Below, piece by piece: positions 11,566-24,500 of a DNA stretch of 64,000 bases; the first letter of the stretch is position 1, and each line of letters begins with the position of its first letter. The position numbers and the translations under genes were made by a program. The notes below the pieces were generated by a model that had not been told where the DNA came from, did no database searches, and saw nothing but the letters and a program-made list of their open reading frames with translations. Source of the DNA: Lama glama (taxonomy: Eukaryota). The stretch spans positions 56,298,001 through 56,362,000 of the forward strand of contig CM052816.1 in NCBI GenBank assembly GCA_028534125.1, written 5' to 3'.

Positions 11566-11817
11566 TCGCCCATCTTATTAGTAGAGAGTGAGCTTCGGTT
11601 CCGTGTTTGGAGGTGGGCTTCCCAGGTTTGTGTCAGGGCCTTACTGCTTCTTATTGTGTGTCAAGGAGCTTGTCCTTATGCTAAGTCCCCAGCCAGGAAT
11701 GCATGGCCTGCTCCCTTACAGCTCAAATCCTAATCTTCATTCACGGCTCAGCTCTTACTAGTGCTTACGTATTGTCAATACCATTTTCTAGTTAGAAAAA
11801 CTTATATTGTCCTACAC

Positions 11818-12940
11818 TAATTCATTCAGTAAACATTTATGAGTGCCATCCTAGGCACAGGGGAAATAGTGTGGAACAGGGCATATGATGAAGCTTACAT
11901 TCCAACTGTGTGTGTGGAAGAGGTAGTTAGCAATTACAGAGATAAATCAGCAGTCAGGAAAACTCTAGTGAAATGTGCTGTGATGAAATTAAATAGTAAT
12001 GGCTTTGAACATGCCTGATGGGCTGTTTTGAACTGGCAGTGTAGAAGAGGATTTTCTCAGGAGGGAACATTTTAAGCTGAGACCTGGAGCACAAGAAGAG
12101 TCAACTCTAGGATGATTTGGGGCAAGAATTTTATTTTTTTCTTCTCTTTTAAAAAAAATTAAAGTCTAATTGATTTACAATGTTGTGTTAGTTTCTGTTG
12201 TAGAGCACAGTGGTTCAGTTATACATATATTTCCATATTCTTTTTCATTACAGGTTATTATAAGCTATTGAATATAGTTCCCTGTGCTATACAGTAGGAC
12301 CCTGTTGTTTATCTGTTTTTTATATAATAGTTTGTATTTGCAAATCCCAGACTCCCATTTTATCCCTCCCGCACCCTTTCCTCTTTGGTAACCATACATT
12401 TCTTTTCTATGTTGGGGCAAGAATTTCCTAGGTGAAGAGACTAGCAAGTTCAAGACCCAAGAACAGAACAAGCTTAGTGGTTGGAAGAGCAGAAGGAAGG
12501 TCCATTTACTTGCTGAGCATAGAGGAGGCAGATAAGTAAGGGAGGCTGCCACCAGCGTATGTAGTTACCGGTTGAGTAAGACGTTTCAGAGTTAAATTTA
12601 GATGTGATGAGAAGACATTTGAGAATTTTAAGTGGAAGGATGATGTGCTCCAGTTTATGTAAAAGACATCACTCTGGCTGCAGAGTGGAGAAATAGTGGA
12701 GGAAGAACTGAGTGGAAGCAGAGGCTGGTTACAAGGCCATTGCAGATGTCCCAGAGAGTGATGGGGGTGGAGGTGGTGCCCAAAGAGAGACGGGCACAGA
12801 CTGTGGTAAGTGTGGGAGACGCAGCTGGCAGGCCTTGTTGGAAGGTTGATTTAACTGCAGAGGGGAAGGGAGAGACCAAGGATGATGTCGTGGGCTCAGG
12901 GTGATAAGTTGGGTGGTATGAGTTGCTGTTTACTGACGTG
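11818..12940 (-). mobile_element. L2 element (about 0.8 kb) interrupted by an L1 insertion
   Basis: 'ttcattcagtaaacatttatgagtgcc...gaagcttacattcca...aagctgagacctg...aaagacatcactctggctgcagagtggaga...ggccattgcag'. Confidence 0.85.
12132..12411 (-). mobile_element. 5'-truncated cetartiodactyl L1 3' end with perfect 15-bp TSD
   Basis: ttggggcaagaattt at 12117-12131 and 12412-12426; same family as 479-721. Confidence 0.95.
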
Positions 12941-14004
12941 AGGATGATGGGTCATCTCCATAAGAGGGGCAGAGATTAACGTGTTTTAGAGGAGAGAGAA
13001 GCCCGTATGGGCTGGATGGGCAGGTTGGCTCTATGAAGGGGGAGACCAGCTGAGCCTTGAAGGATGGTTAGGAGAACAGTGAAGGGGATGTATCAAGATG
13101 CGGGGAAAACCAATGGTCTGTTTTTCAGATATATCAACTTTCATGGTGTTTGTTGGACCTCTGAGTGGGGATGGTGCCAGGCAGATGGATAGGGGTCTGA
13201 ACTAGCTTTATTCACCTCTGATGTGTGCATTTATTATTTTACAACCTAGCGAGCCAGGCACTTGGGGTGAGGGATCACGTCTCTCATGCTGCTAAGACAA
13301 AGCCCTATCTACGGGAAAATCTCAGTATTTTAGAACGAATGGATATATTTGATGAGAAAACTAAGGACCAAGAAACTAAAGATGTCAAACCCATCTTTCC
13401 CAGTTAGCTCCGTTGATTTGCTCCACTCAACCTCACTGGCTGGCCTCCAGTGCTCTTCGAGCCCATATTCCTGGAGGGTTAGTACTGGGGAGGAGGAAGA
13501 TGCAGAGATTTGAAGACCAGAATCTAACAGCAGAGGGACTTTTAGTACCATCTCTGACCTTCTCCCATCCCTCAAACCAAAGGCTTGCTGGTTTTTCTGT
13601 TGGTCTGGCTTGTCTCCTTGTCTCTGGTGGTGGCATCCCCATTTCTGCTCCCTGGGGCTGTTCATTTACTCCTCTGTCACTTGTCTCCTGTCTCCCAGAC
13701 GAATTCTCTTTCACCATCAAAAGCATTTAATCAGCCACCTAGTTAACACCCTGCTCTGGGTTAGGAACTAGGCATGTCCCTGGCCTCAAGGCTTCTCACA
13801 ATCCTTCAACTCCTTTTGTATCTTGCCTTTTTGCAGAAATTGTCACGGCCATCCTGGTCTTCATCATCATCAGAGAGCTGGTGAGGTGACAGTGGACTTT
13901 GCCCAAGCTCTGAAGCATGGGCTCAGATATGGGTGTTAATCAGAGAAAATGAACATATCCTGGGCTCTCTGGGTCTTAGAGAAGTGACTACATGCAACGC
14001 TTGT

Positions 14005-14185
14005 GAGCAAGGTTTGAAAGCCTTGCAGCCACTTTCTAGCTAGTGCGATTTGAGTCATAGCCCTGATTTTCCTGAACCTCAGTTTCCTCATGTGCAAATA
14101 GGCTACTAAGTACCTACTTGCTGTGTTGTCAAAATGTTGATGAGATAATGTATGTGACACCTTTGGTTCGGGACTGAGACACAGA
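14005..14185 (+). mobile_element. MIR SINE
   Basis: MIR core 'cctgaacctcagtttcctcatgtgcaaatagg...gatgagataatgtatgtga'. Confidence 0.85.
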
Positions 14186-15463
14186 CACCATTACAATAAG
14201 AAAGTGAGGATAAAATCTTTTAGCTATGGGAGGGGCCAAGGCAGAAACCATAAAAGTCATTTGGAGAATAAATAGTGAATGCGACAACGTGACAATCTAA
14301 AGGCTTGCATCATCAGCCTGATTGGATGCATCGGCACCTGACAGGGAAAGGTCAGGGCGCTTCCCAGGTCCCACAAGGTCAAGAGCAGGAAGCCCTGTGA
14401 CTTCTCTCTTCCCCGATGTGCATGTGGGCAACGCAGTGGGCTGTCTTCCCGGAACTGTTCTTCGGGAAACTTTGCAGACAAGGGCAGAATCTCTGTAAAA
14501 ATCCACTGGGAGGGAGGCACTGACCACGCTGGGGGTCAGGAGGTGACTCTCTGAATGGCCTTCTAGGCTTTGCACGGGGCACTAGGGCTGAGGATTGCAC
14601 TAAATTCTTTGAGTTTAGCCTGTAGTTTGGCAAAAAGCCTACCCTCCCGGGTAGCTTCATAATTTTTAGAGGATCCAGCTGGCACATTGCAGAACCGCGC
14701 TAATGAGTCAGGAATGATCTTCTAGGGACGTCCCCTCCCCACCTCCACTTGCTCAAAGGTAGAGAATTTCCAGGGAAGCCAGTGAAAGATTTATGAGATT
14801 AATCCCCCCGAAACATTTTCTCCCCCATCTATTGTTCTCAGCAGGGGTGCCAGAGGCAGTGGGCTTGGGGTGTGAGGGGGTGGAGAGGGCAAATTAGAAG
14901 GGGACAAAGACAAGGCCTCCTGCCTTTAAGTGAGAGCTGGAGAAGAGTGCTGGCAGAAACCAGCCGAGGAGGATTCTCTGACAATGAAATAGGCGAGATT
15001 CTTTTTGGAATTTGTCTGCCTCCGGGCCCCACAGAGCCTCCTCTATGGATGTGAGGAGGGAAGGAGGCGTGGAGCACAGGGGCATGGAGGGGGAAAGCTC
15101 GCTCCAGCTCTGTGCTGGAAGGGGTCTGATCAATGAGCCCCTCTGTCTTCACACAGATAAGGAGGAGGAGGAGGAGAAGGAGTGGGGAGAAAGTGGCAGG
15201 AGGTCAGTGTTGGGGGGGTAGGAGAAGGAGGGGAGAGAAACAGGGGGGCGGAGGAGAAGGAGGCCGTGGGGTTTCCTGTCACTCAGTCACACCCCCTTTC
15301 CACTCCCTGCATGGCTGCTGCCTCTTCTTGGAGCGAGACGACCCCTCCATTAACTTGCAGGCCAAGAGCTATCTCGTCCTTCTAAGAACTTAAGGCTCTT
15401 TTATAGAAAACTGAGGGGACATGAGGTGGGTCACCAGGAGAATACCTATAGGAGGATGCTGCT

Positions 15464-15819
15464 GGAGAGAGATCACATGATACCTCTTGCATGTGGAATC
15501 TAAAAAATGATACGAATGAGCTTATTTACAAAACGGAAACAGACTCACAGACATAGAAAACAAACAGATGGCTACCAGAGGGGATGGGAGGAGGGATAAA
15601 TTAGAAGTTTGGGATTAGCAAATACTAGCTACTATACATAAAATAGATATACAGTAGTTCCCTACTGTACAGCACAGGGAACTCTATTCCATAGCTTGTA
15701 ATAATGTATAATGGAAAAGAATAGATATATACACACACATAGGTACAACGCAGTCAGCACGCTGTACACCAGAAACTAACACAATGTTGTAAATCAGCTA
15801 CATTTCAATTAAAAAAAAA
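15464..15819 (+). mobile_element. 5'-truncated cetartiodactyl L1 3' end with poly-A and 12-bp TSD
   Basis: 'atgtggaatctaaaaaatgatac...acagactcacagacatagaaaacaaac...cagaaactaacacaatgttgtaaatcagctac'; A9 tail; gaggatgctgct at 15452-15463 and 15820-15831. Confidence 0.95.
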
Positions 15820-16623
15820 GAGGATGCTGCTCTTTGGCAAAAAAGAGCTCCTACATGCATTCAAACTATGGGTTTCTTAAAATAGAAAACGGCAAAACAG
15901 AATAACAAGAGTTGATTAGTTTGGTTTGGTTTCTATCACACATGAGCAGAGGGAACAGAAATATCAGGCACGATTCAGGTTGACAGAGTACCCAAAAGGC
16001 CTCTAATGTGCCACTGCTTTTAGGTTTCTTCTTCAAGAAATCTTTTTAGTTGTAAAGAGTGGGAAAACCAGGCTGTTAGAACGTCACTTCTTGTCTCCCC
16101 TCAACTAGAAGTGGCCGGCACTGGGGGAGGCGCCAGGCACCGTGGGGAGTTGCCGGTGGGTGAGCCACACGGGAGGCCCTTCTCTTGGTGAACAAGGATT
16201 CCACTCAGCATCACCTTTCCTCCTCAGTTCGGGCAACCACCCGTCCCAGGATGGAGAGGCCTCCTCGAAGCTGGGGAGGGTCGGGGGAGCTACCTCTCAG
16301 TCTGGCTGCTGCCTGGCGGGCTCAGGGCTGTCTTCCCACATACTTCTATCTCCTCTCAGAGCTTTCCAAACATGGTTGGGGGGATGTTGTTTCATAAGTA
16401 AAACAGAACTTCTTATAATTTGCTGTAACAACGGATACTCACGGTAGCAGAAAGGGTGTTCATACCACTTCCCTTCCAGAAGTTTCTTTGTGGTCTTGGA
16501 GAAGTCAGACTCTTGCTAAGAAAAGGCATTTGCCTGGATGAGTCCACCATGGCACTGACATTTGAATTCTGAGTATGTCTTTTTCAGTTTTGAAGCGTTT
16601 AAATAATAACCGCCGTTAATGGG

Positions 16624-16650
16624 GTGTGTGTGTGTGTGTGTGTACGTGTG
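16624..16650. repeat. (GT)n microsatellite
   Basis: gtgtgtgtgtgtgtgtgtgtacgtgtg. Confidence 0.9.
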
Positions 16651-18261
16651 CATGCGCTGAGGAAACCAGGCTCCCGTGTGGCTGAATAAACTCCACCTCG
16701 ACTGCAGGTTTTGGGTCCTGAGCAGATTTTGGGGACAGTCCCAGTTCTGAATATTCAGGCCTGTGGTCAGATCAAGCATTTTGGTTTAGAAAATATGCAG
16801 TCTGCACAGGGAAATAAGCAGGTGGCTCGTTACAGCCCCAGTTTGCATTTTATAGTTTGCTTGTGCGGAGAGCAGACCTTTGGCAGCCCCCCAGAGCACC
16901 AGCACCTGAATTATCTGTTTAAACGGTTGAAGTACTGCTGAGTCATCCCAAGTCAGGTCTGTTTCCAGTTTCTTGTCACTGGATTCAACCTGAGCCTAAA
17001 CCTAGTCCATTTAATAAACCACCTCGGCCTACCTGGCCGGCCCTGGAGAGGAACACCTGTGATTAATCCAGGAAAAATTCAGTTCAGTGCGTCTTCACTG
17101 CCTGCTGGGTGTGCCCCAGCCCCTGGGGTAGGCGCTGGGCGCACAGGTGTGCATAACATCCTCTCTGAAGTATGATGCTGCAGCGAAGTACATATCCTTT
17201 CGAAACCAGAAATAATAATATTAATAATCTTTTGATAATTGCTCATCCCACGCGCTGTCGACTTCTCCTTTTGGAGGAAGATGGAAACCAGTTACTACAT
17301 GAGAAGTGGAGCCAAAGGGCACAGGTTCAAGACTCGGCTGTGAGAACAAAACTTCTAATTAGGACTTTCGGTTTCTCTTTTGTGAGCTATGCAGGCTATT
17401 CCGGACCTTATCAATGCTTGGGAAAACCGCCCACCTTTTTTTTTTTTTTTTTTAATAATCCCATGTTCTTTGCTAACAGGAAACAGAGAAAGACTGATTT
17501 ATAAAAACCTTTGGAGCTGGATCTGCTGCGACTCAGAATGACACCACTGATGTGTTTCACATGGGATACTAAACAGCTCAGATAGAAATTATTTTCAGTG
17601 TTTCACTCCTGTCCTGAACGGGAGCGTGTGCTTCTTAAAGCTAATTAAAGAAAAAAAGCCACTGTATTTACCAGCACTGGTGATCCAGCCCTTCCCTATG
17701 GCCTCTGTGTTTCGAACTAATGTGGGGTTTGTCTGAGTCTGAGGTAGGCTTACAAGCGGGAGTGCAGACCACCCACTTTTAGCATCTGTAAGGCGGTGCT
17801 GGAGTCAGGTTGAACAGAGGCACTTAATGCAGTCTTGTGGGTTTGAGCGGAGGCAATCTTGACTCCATCAGAAAGTATTTAGCAAGTATTTTCCGTTAGT
17901 ATCCTCCAGTGGATGGGGTTCAGCCCGGGGCCCCTGACTGCCCACCCGCACATGGACAGGAGCCTTGTCTCAGTTTCCTGGCTTTTCAGCAGACACAAAA
18001 TGTATTTTGGCATTTTCATTAAAAAAAAAAATGAGATCAGAATGCCCAACATTCTCCCACCAATTGCCTGTTTTCTCTCTCTAAGAGGAAAACTCTGTTG
18101 TATCAGAGATGCTCAGCATTCTCTGGTGAGGAGCTAGTTTTGAATTTACTAAGTCACAGAGTCATAGATTATTCAACCTGGATCCTGATTTGAACTCTTT
18201 CATTTTATTGGCAGAGTAACCATAGTCTAGAGAGGTGGGAAAACTTGTCTCAGGTAACTGC

Positions 18262-18560
18262 TTCCATTCCTTTATTTATTCATCCACGTATCAAGTAGTT
18301 TTTGCACATCTGCTATGTGTTGGACACTGCGCTAAGCAATTGGTGTGCCATCGGGAACAAGGCAGGAAGGACCTTGTCCTTAAGAAGTTTGCAGTCTGCT
18401 TGGGAAGATGGATGGTAAGGAAATAAAGATTAGAAATGATGTGGTTCATGAGTTAAATGGACGGGTGTGGGCTGGGGAGACTCTTTTTGTAGAGTCTTCA
18501 AGGAAGGTCTCCGGGAGGTGATGTTTTAGGCACCGGGGAGAGGAGCTGGGGTGTGAGGCA
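18262..18560 (-). mobile_element. L2 3' fragment
   Basis: 'tttatttattcatcc..acatctgctatgtgttggacactgcgctaagc...ttgtccttaagaagtttgcagtct'. Confidence 0.75.
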
Positions 18561-19029
18561 GTGCATCTCAGCCAGAGGGGAGTTACGGTGAAGAGCCGAA
18601 GACAACGGCAGCCCAGTCCTGGTTCTCAGGCAGGAATCCTCTTCCGATTCCGTGTGGGTCCCAGTAGGGTATCAGTATTGCACTGGCGGATCTTTAATGA
18701 CCAGTGGGGTTTATTATTAGATATTATTGTAAACTATTTCATGCCCTCTCTTTTTTACACCTGTTGTAGTGGAGGGGAAAAACTGGATGAGGTGAGATTT
18801 GATGTTAAACACATATTCTGCTGCATCCTGGCCTGGAGAAGAGAAGGAGTTCCCACACCACAGGCTCACCGAGTTATAATGGCACAGACAGATACACTAC
18901 TCACCCTTGAGTTATAAACACACACAAGGATAATGCAACACGGCCCAACCCCTAATTCTCCTCTTCTGCTCAAGACAGCCCTCCCTCCCACCAAGCTCCA
19001 GGTCTCTGGGCTGGTACTTTGGACTGTCT

Positions 19030-19178
19030 AGTTTGTATGTGCCCATCTGTCCTCAGTAACGTCCTATAAGACCCCTGAGGCCAAGGTGGTGTTGAATTCA
19101 TCATCCACCAGCAAACCCAACACCCAGCATAGTGCCGTGCTCATAAGAACTGCTCAGTGAATGTTTGTTGAATGAATC
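19030..19178 (+). mobile_element. L2 3' terminus
   Basis: 'ctataagacccctgaggcca...acccagcatagtgcc..gctcagtgaatgtttgttgaatgaat'. Confidence 0.85.
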
Positions 19179-21399
19179 ACATAGAAGGACTTAAAAATAA
19201 CCTTTAGGGAGATGGGTTATAGAAAGGCAGTGCCACTTTTCTTAGCTTTGGCTTCATGTAGTGGTTGGTATAGGGAGCCCGTAATTATTACTGATACTAC
19301 CAATCAGAAAAAAGCGACTATCCTAGGGTCCTTGCTGAAGTCACCTGATGAAGCCGTTGTCTTGGTGACAAGGCTATCACTGAGGACAGAGAACCAAACA
19401 CTGAGCCGCTGAACAGAACCCGCCTTGGGGCCATCACTGTGTCAGTCCTCCGAGTTGTGAAGGAATGCCTGAGGGTTCCGTTCCCAGCGCTGGGCCGGCT
19501 CAGTCTCTGCTCCCAGTTCAGACAGTGACAGACCCCGCATCCTGTCTCCTGACCCTTGCTCTCCAGGCTCCAGGCCAGTTCCACTGGTGGCAACTGAGCG
19601 GTCAGGCCCGCCAGGAAGTACACGCAGCCCCAGGAGGTTTCGAAAGTATGGGTCAACGCTGTGTCTGCCTGGAAAGTTTGGGGGAAGGACCGTCCTCATC
19701 AGTGCAAGCCTCTCCCCTAACGCTGCTCCGGTCCCACTCCCAGGCAAAGGGCAAGATGTGCCCAAGGACGTTCCAGACTCTGTTGTCCTCGGGCCAGGTA
19801 CTCTCCTGAAAACCAATACAAATCTCAGGTCAAATTCCCGTTCCTGCCATAGCAAAGAATTTCCACTGTAGTGTTGGCAGTGAGGGCTGGTACAAAAAAT
19901 TAAGGGAGTTGGGAGTAGAGCCCGGAGGCCGTCTGTCCCTGCCTGGTTGCCCCTGTCTCTCCTGCTCTGTTGCCACTCCACAGTCATACTCCTACACCCC
20001 TTGGAGAAACCTTTATTTTTAGTGGCAAGAGAAGGGTTGGAAGACTCCAGAATCTCAGATGACAATGTAAGTTGTTGCAGGTCAGAGGTGAGAGATGAAA
20101 ATACAGATGCTGAGAAGGATTAAGGTCGGCAGTTCACGGACTAACTTCCTGTGTCAGGTCACCACGCAGCCAGCAGCCGGGGAAACTGGGCCACAGTTCG
20201 CTAGGCACTGGGGCCAGAGGCACTAAGAGGTACTTATTACTTAAATAGAGATTCCTGTGTTCTTGATGAAGACTTCAGGAACGGCAAACTTCCCTCCTAA
20301 TCGGTTCTTCCTGAAGACACTGTACGGCCTGGTTGACTCTGGGTTTAACACCCTATAATTACTGTCAGGTCAAGAGAACAAGACCCGTTATATTTCTCAT
20401 TACTTTCTTTCCCCTTTATCCTCACCTAAAACGTAAGCTGAAAAGAAGAAAAAGGGAAAAGAAGTCCAGGTGAGAAGGAGCCAGCACTTTGGATGTGCTG
20501 CGAGGGCCAGACCTCTGCAGTTGAAAAGAAACACTGCAGGTTGCGTGTGGGGTCGGAATCTCCAAGGGACCGGTTAACTCCTTGTTTAGGGGATTAGCCA
20601 TTCTGGTATTTGCAGATAGTTTCTTAGACAGCAGTGTTTGGAGTCCACACTGTAGGAGCAACTGAAGTGTTGATAAAAGGGCTTCCAGAACAAATAAAGA
20701 ATCCGAATGTAAATGCTGGAGATGAGCAGGGCTTCAGGCTTTGGGTTAACAACTTGGCCCTACATTCGTGGCTGGAGGAATTGAAGACTCACAAAAGACA
20801 GCTTTTAGAGGAAAAACTCTTTTCGTAGAAGAATTGGTTCACAGTCTGTTTGTTTTCTGAAGGATGTTTTGTTAGGATCCCTGCGGCCACCAACCACACA
20901 GCTCTCCCAGGGGCCTGCTCCTCCCAGGATTTGTATGTGGCTTGTGTGTGCCAACTGGCTTTGGGCTGAATCTGAGGGATTTTCACTTGGGAATCACATC
21001 TTTTTTTGTTGTTCTTAGTTGCCACCCACTTTTATCTGAAATTGCCTTGTGCAACTGCCGAAGTTATTTCCAATCAGAGGGGCTCGGCTACATTTTCTTT
21101 ACCCACTCTTTGCTATAATCGTTTGGTAAGTTGCTTGCTAGGGAATAAGTTTTGCAACTGGGCGGGTGGAGATCTGATTCAGAGGAGCAGTTTGGTGTAG
21201 CCTCCAGAGTCTGCTCGCAGCCCTAACGCTAAGGGAACTGTCCTCAAACAGAAACCATCCTGGGTGTTTCCTTCTGGGGCACATTCCTGCTGTCACCCCC
21301 TAGGGAAGTAAGAGGAGCTCTTTTTTTCCAAAGAATGCACAAAAATGAAATTAATTACGGGTCCACACTCCCATTGCTTGAACTCACAGAGCCAAGGAA

Positions 21400-21560
21400 C
21401 ATCACAGTTGGCAGGGATTAATCCTCTCTTATTTTATGGATGAGAAACTGAGGTTCAGAGAGGAAAAACAGTCCCCATCTCTGCTTCCCTACCGCTGCTC
21501 TCAAAGCTAGTTACCAGCAGACTGGGACAGAAACCAGGGCTTTTGATTTCTAGACTAGTA
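21400..21560 (-). mobile_element. MIR SINE
   Basis: 'attttatggatgagaaactgaggttcagagagg'. Confidence 0.8.
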
Positions 21561-21679
21561 TTTAGCTCATTGATTAGAATTGTCAGAGTGCGAACCCAGA
21601 TCTCTCCCAGAATGGGTGGCTTCATTTTTCTTTTTGGTTTTGATTCCCTCAGGGATTTCTGGCTAATTTAACTTTACTC

Positions 21680-21833
21680 AGCCAACATTTCGGAAAGTAT
21701 GGTCTTTTCTACTACCCATATCAGAATTATCTGTTAAAAATGCAGCCCCCTAGAATCAGAAGCTCTGAGTTGTATCTGGAGTCTGGATTTTAATAAGCTT
21801 CCCTAAGAAAGTCTTATGCCCTTGAAAACCACT
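21680..21833. mobile_element. MER5-like hAT-Charlie DNA transposon remnant
   Basis: 'atcagaattatctgttaaaaatgcag...gaatcagaagctctg...attttaataagcttccc...ttgaaaaccact'. Confidence 0.75.
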
Positions 21834-21883
21834 TTACCTGGACCAAAGTCAAGTTCATGCGTTTTATTGATTTAAAATGCTTA

Positions 21884-23021
21884 ACAAAAGAAAAAAATCA
21901 TGGGACTACATCAAACTTAAAAGTTTCTGTACAGATAAAAGGATCAACAAAATGAGAAGGCAAACTACAGAGTAGGAGAATAATTTTGCAAACCACGTAT
22001 TGGGGTTCATATCCAAAATATATGTAGAACTCATACCATTCAATAACAAAAACACAAATAATCCAATTAAGAAATGGGTAGAGGAGTTAAAGACATTTTT
22101 CCATAGAAGACATCCAAAAGGCCAATGGGGACATGAAAAGGCACTTAACGTCACACATCATCAGGGAAATGCAGATCAAAAGCAGGATGAGATATTATCT
22201 CACACCTGTAAGAAAGGCCACAAGAGGACAAGAGACAACAAGCGTTGGCAAAGACGTGGGGCAAAGGGAACCCTTGCGCACTGTTGGTGGGACTGTACAA
22301 TGGTTCAGCCACTATGGAGAACAAAACGGAGGTCCCTCCAAACATTAAAAATAGAATTGCCTTATGATCCAGCGATCTCACTTCTGGTTATGTATCCAAA
22401 GAAAATGAAAACAGGTCATTGAAGAGACGTATGCATACCTATGTTTATTGCAAAACTCACAATAGCCAAGATACAGAAATAGCTAAAGTGTCCATCAATA
22501 AGTGAATGGATAAGAAGATGTGGATACACACATAATAGGATACTATTCAGCTATGAGAAAACTCTGCTATTTGCAACAATATGGGTAAACTTGAGGATTA
22601 TGCTAAATGAGATAAGTCAGACAGAGAAAGATAAATGCTGTGTAATATCTCTTATATGTGGCATCTAAAAAAAACTCATAAAAGCAGAAAGTAAAATGCT
22701 GGCTGTGAGAGGCTGGAAGGCGGGGAGAATGAGATAGATGTTGTTTAAAGGTACACACTTGCAACTAGTAGAGAAGTAAGTCCTGGAGGTCTAATACACA
22801 GTGCAGTGATTATAGACAACACAAGTGTATTATAAACATTCATCTTGCTAGGAGAGTAGATTATAATTACTCCCAACACTAAAAGAAATGATAATTATGT
22901 GATGTCAGCTAATGCTACAATGGCAAGCAAATTGCGATATAAATGTACCAGTGTAAGTGTCCACCTTAAACTTACAGTGTCAAATGTCAGATATATCTCA
23001 ATAAAAGTAAACAGAGAAATA
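21884..23021 (+). mobile_element. 5'-truncated L1 (ORF2 C-terminal remnant plus 3'UTR) with 10-bp TSD
   Basis: Frameshifted ORF2 peptides 'NNPIKKW', 'IIREMQIK...YYLTPV', 'HCWWDC.MVQPLW', '[14 protein letters not shown]'; aaaatgctta at 21874-21883 and 23022-23031 at a TT/AAAA site. Confidence 0.95.
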
Positions 23022-23399
23022 AAAATGCTTACTTAGTGTTTCTGGAATCAGACGGCACCTTATAGTCTAAGGGTAACATAGGCAAAAAAGGTTTTAAACG
23101 GATGGTGTTTCATAATTTTTAGCACCTTCAAACTGAAATCATACATTTTCTTTCAAATCCTTTAGTTACTGAAGAAGAAAAAATTTTAATTTGTTTCTGA
23201 ATTTAATTTCATAGCACTTAATTCTTTCAGCACTTAAGTTCCCTTTTAATAACAAAGAAGAAATGTTGGGAAGTTTAGTTTTCTCAGGCTGAGGGCAGCC
23301 TTTAGTGAACTGCTATCTCTACAACTCAGGTCCTGCCTTGAAGATTTTTTTAGGCCATTTATTAAAAGACTCTGACTCTTTTTTTTTTTTTTTCACTTT

Positions 23400-24500
23400 G
23401 TGTGATTACAACTAAATTTTAATGCGTATATTTATTCACTAGAACATCTAGAGTTTTTCATTATCTCTGTCTTCTTCCTGAAAGATCCTAGGAATCTGCA
23501 TGTACTGCCCACCCACCGAACATCACCTCTATCTTTCATAATATTATTGTCTAGATTTTTCTACTTATTTTTTTGAAAACATAGGTTAGTTACTTAAAGT
23601 CAATGGTTAATTATATTTATCAACAATGTTTATTCATTTATGTGCTTAGCATGTGAGTGGTAACATACTTTATCTTTTTGCCTGAAAATAATTTATTTTA
23701 CTCTGTTATGAATGATAGTTGACCCAGGTATAGAATTCTTGGTTGGAAGATGTTTTTCCTCAAGGCTGTGAAAAGATGACTGCTGTCTTCTGGCATCCAT
23801 TGTGCATAAAAGTTAGTCTAACGGTCACTTCTGTGCAGGTCCTCTGTCTTAGCTTTTGTGATGCACATGTGTTGTGCATTTTCCTCTTCTTCTCCATTTC
23901 TTTCCCTGCTTGCTCTTCCATGTTCTGGCAGTTTTGCAATAGTTTCCAGGTAGGCTTTAGGGCCTTAGTCCTCAGCCTGGTCTTGTGTTGGCGTCTCTGG
24001 AATCCCATCTTCTAATGATATTGGGATGTTGCAGATTTGGTCACTGAGCCAACTGGAAGTTTGGTCCGAGTCCTGACCTGCTTATTCCTACTTTTCTAGA
24101 TTCACATGAATCTAAGCCCTCATCTCAGGTAGCAGATGAAGCTTCTTTTTTCAGGCAGGAATTCCCCACCCTATTCAGGCTCCAGCAGTAAGCCTGGATG
24201 CAGGCTCCAACCATCTCAAGCACCTTTGCTGCCCAGTGCCATGAAGGAGTTATCTGGCCTGTCTCTGCGTGCCTTGAGAGCCTACCAAGCTCACAGCTTT
24301 GGTAACTTACTATAATTTTCTGTTCAATTTCTAGTGCACAGATATTTATGTGTGTATGTATCTGCTCATGGTTTACATTTTTCCCCCTTACTGTCTTTTA
24401 AATTTAGTCTTTTCAAATATGTTTTCAACAATACCTAAGTGTTTAAAGGAGAGGCAATGACTTTAAAACATAAGCTTAAAATGCCATCTTGATCCCCAGA
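23400..24500 (-). mobile_element. Ancient HAL1/L1M ORF1-region remnant
   Basis: 'gaatgatagttgacccaggtatagaattcttggttgg..tttttcctca...ctgtcttctggcatccattgt' matches antisense L1/HAL1 ORF1; boundaries uncertain. Confidence 0.55.

Noticed and set aside
19442..20065. 207-aa minus-strand ORF, and the 206-aa ORF at 49575..50195
   Set aside because: Non-ATG starts, overlapping ORFs in several frames due to local GC richness, and no recognisable domain or splice structure
21906..22422. ORFs with L1 ORF2 similarity as a possible active retroelement
   Set aside because: 5'-truncated, frameshifted and lacking the EN/RT domains; dead copy
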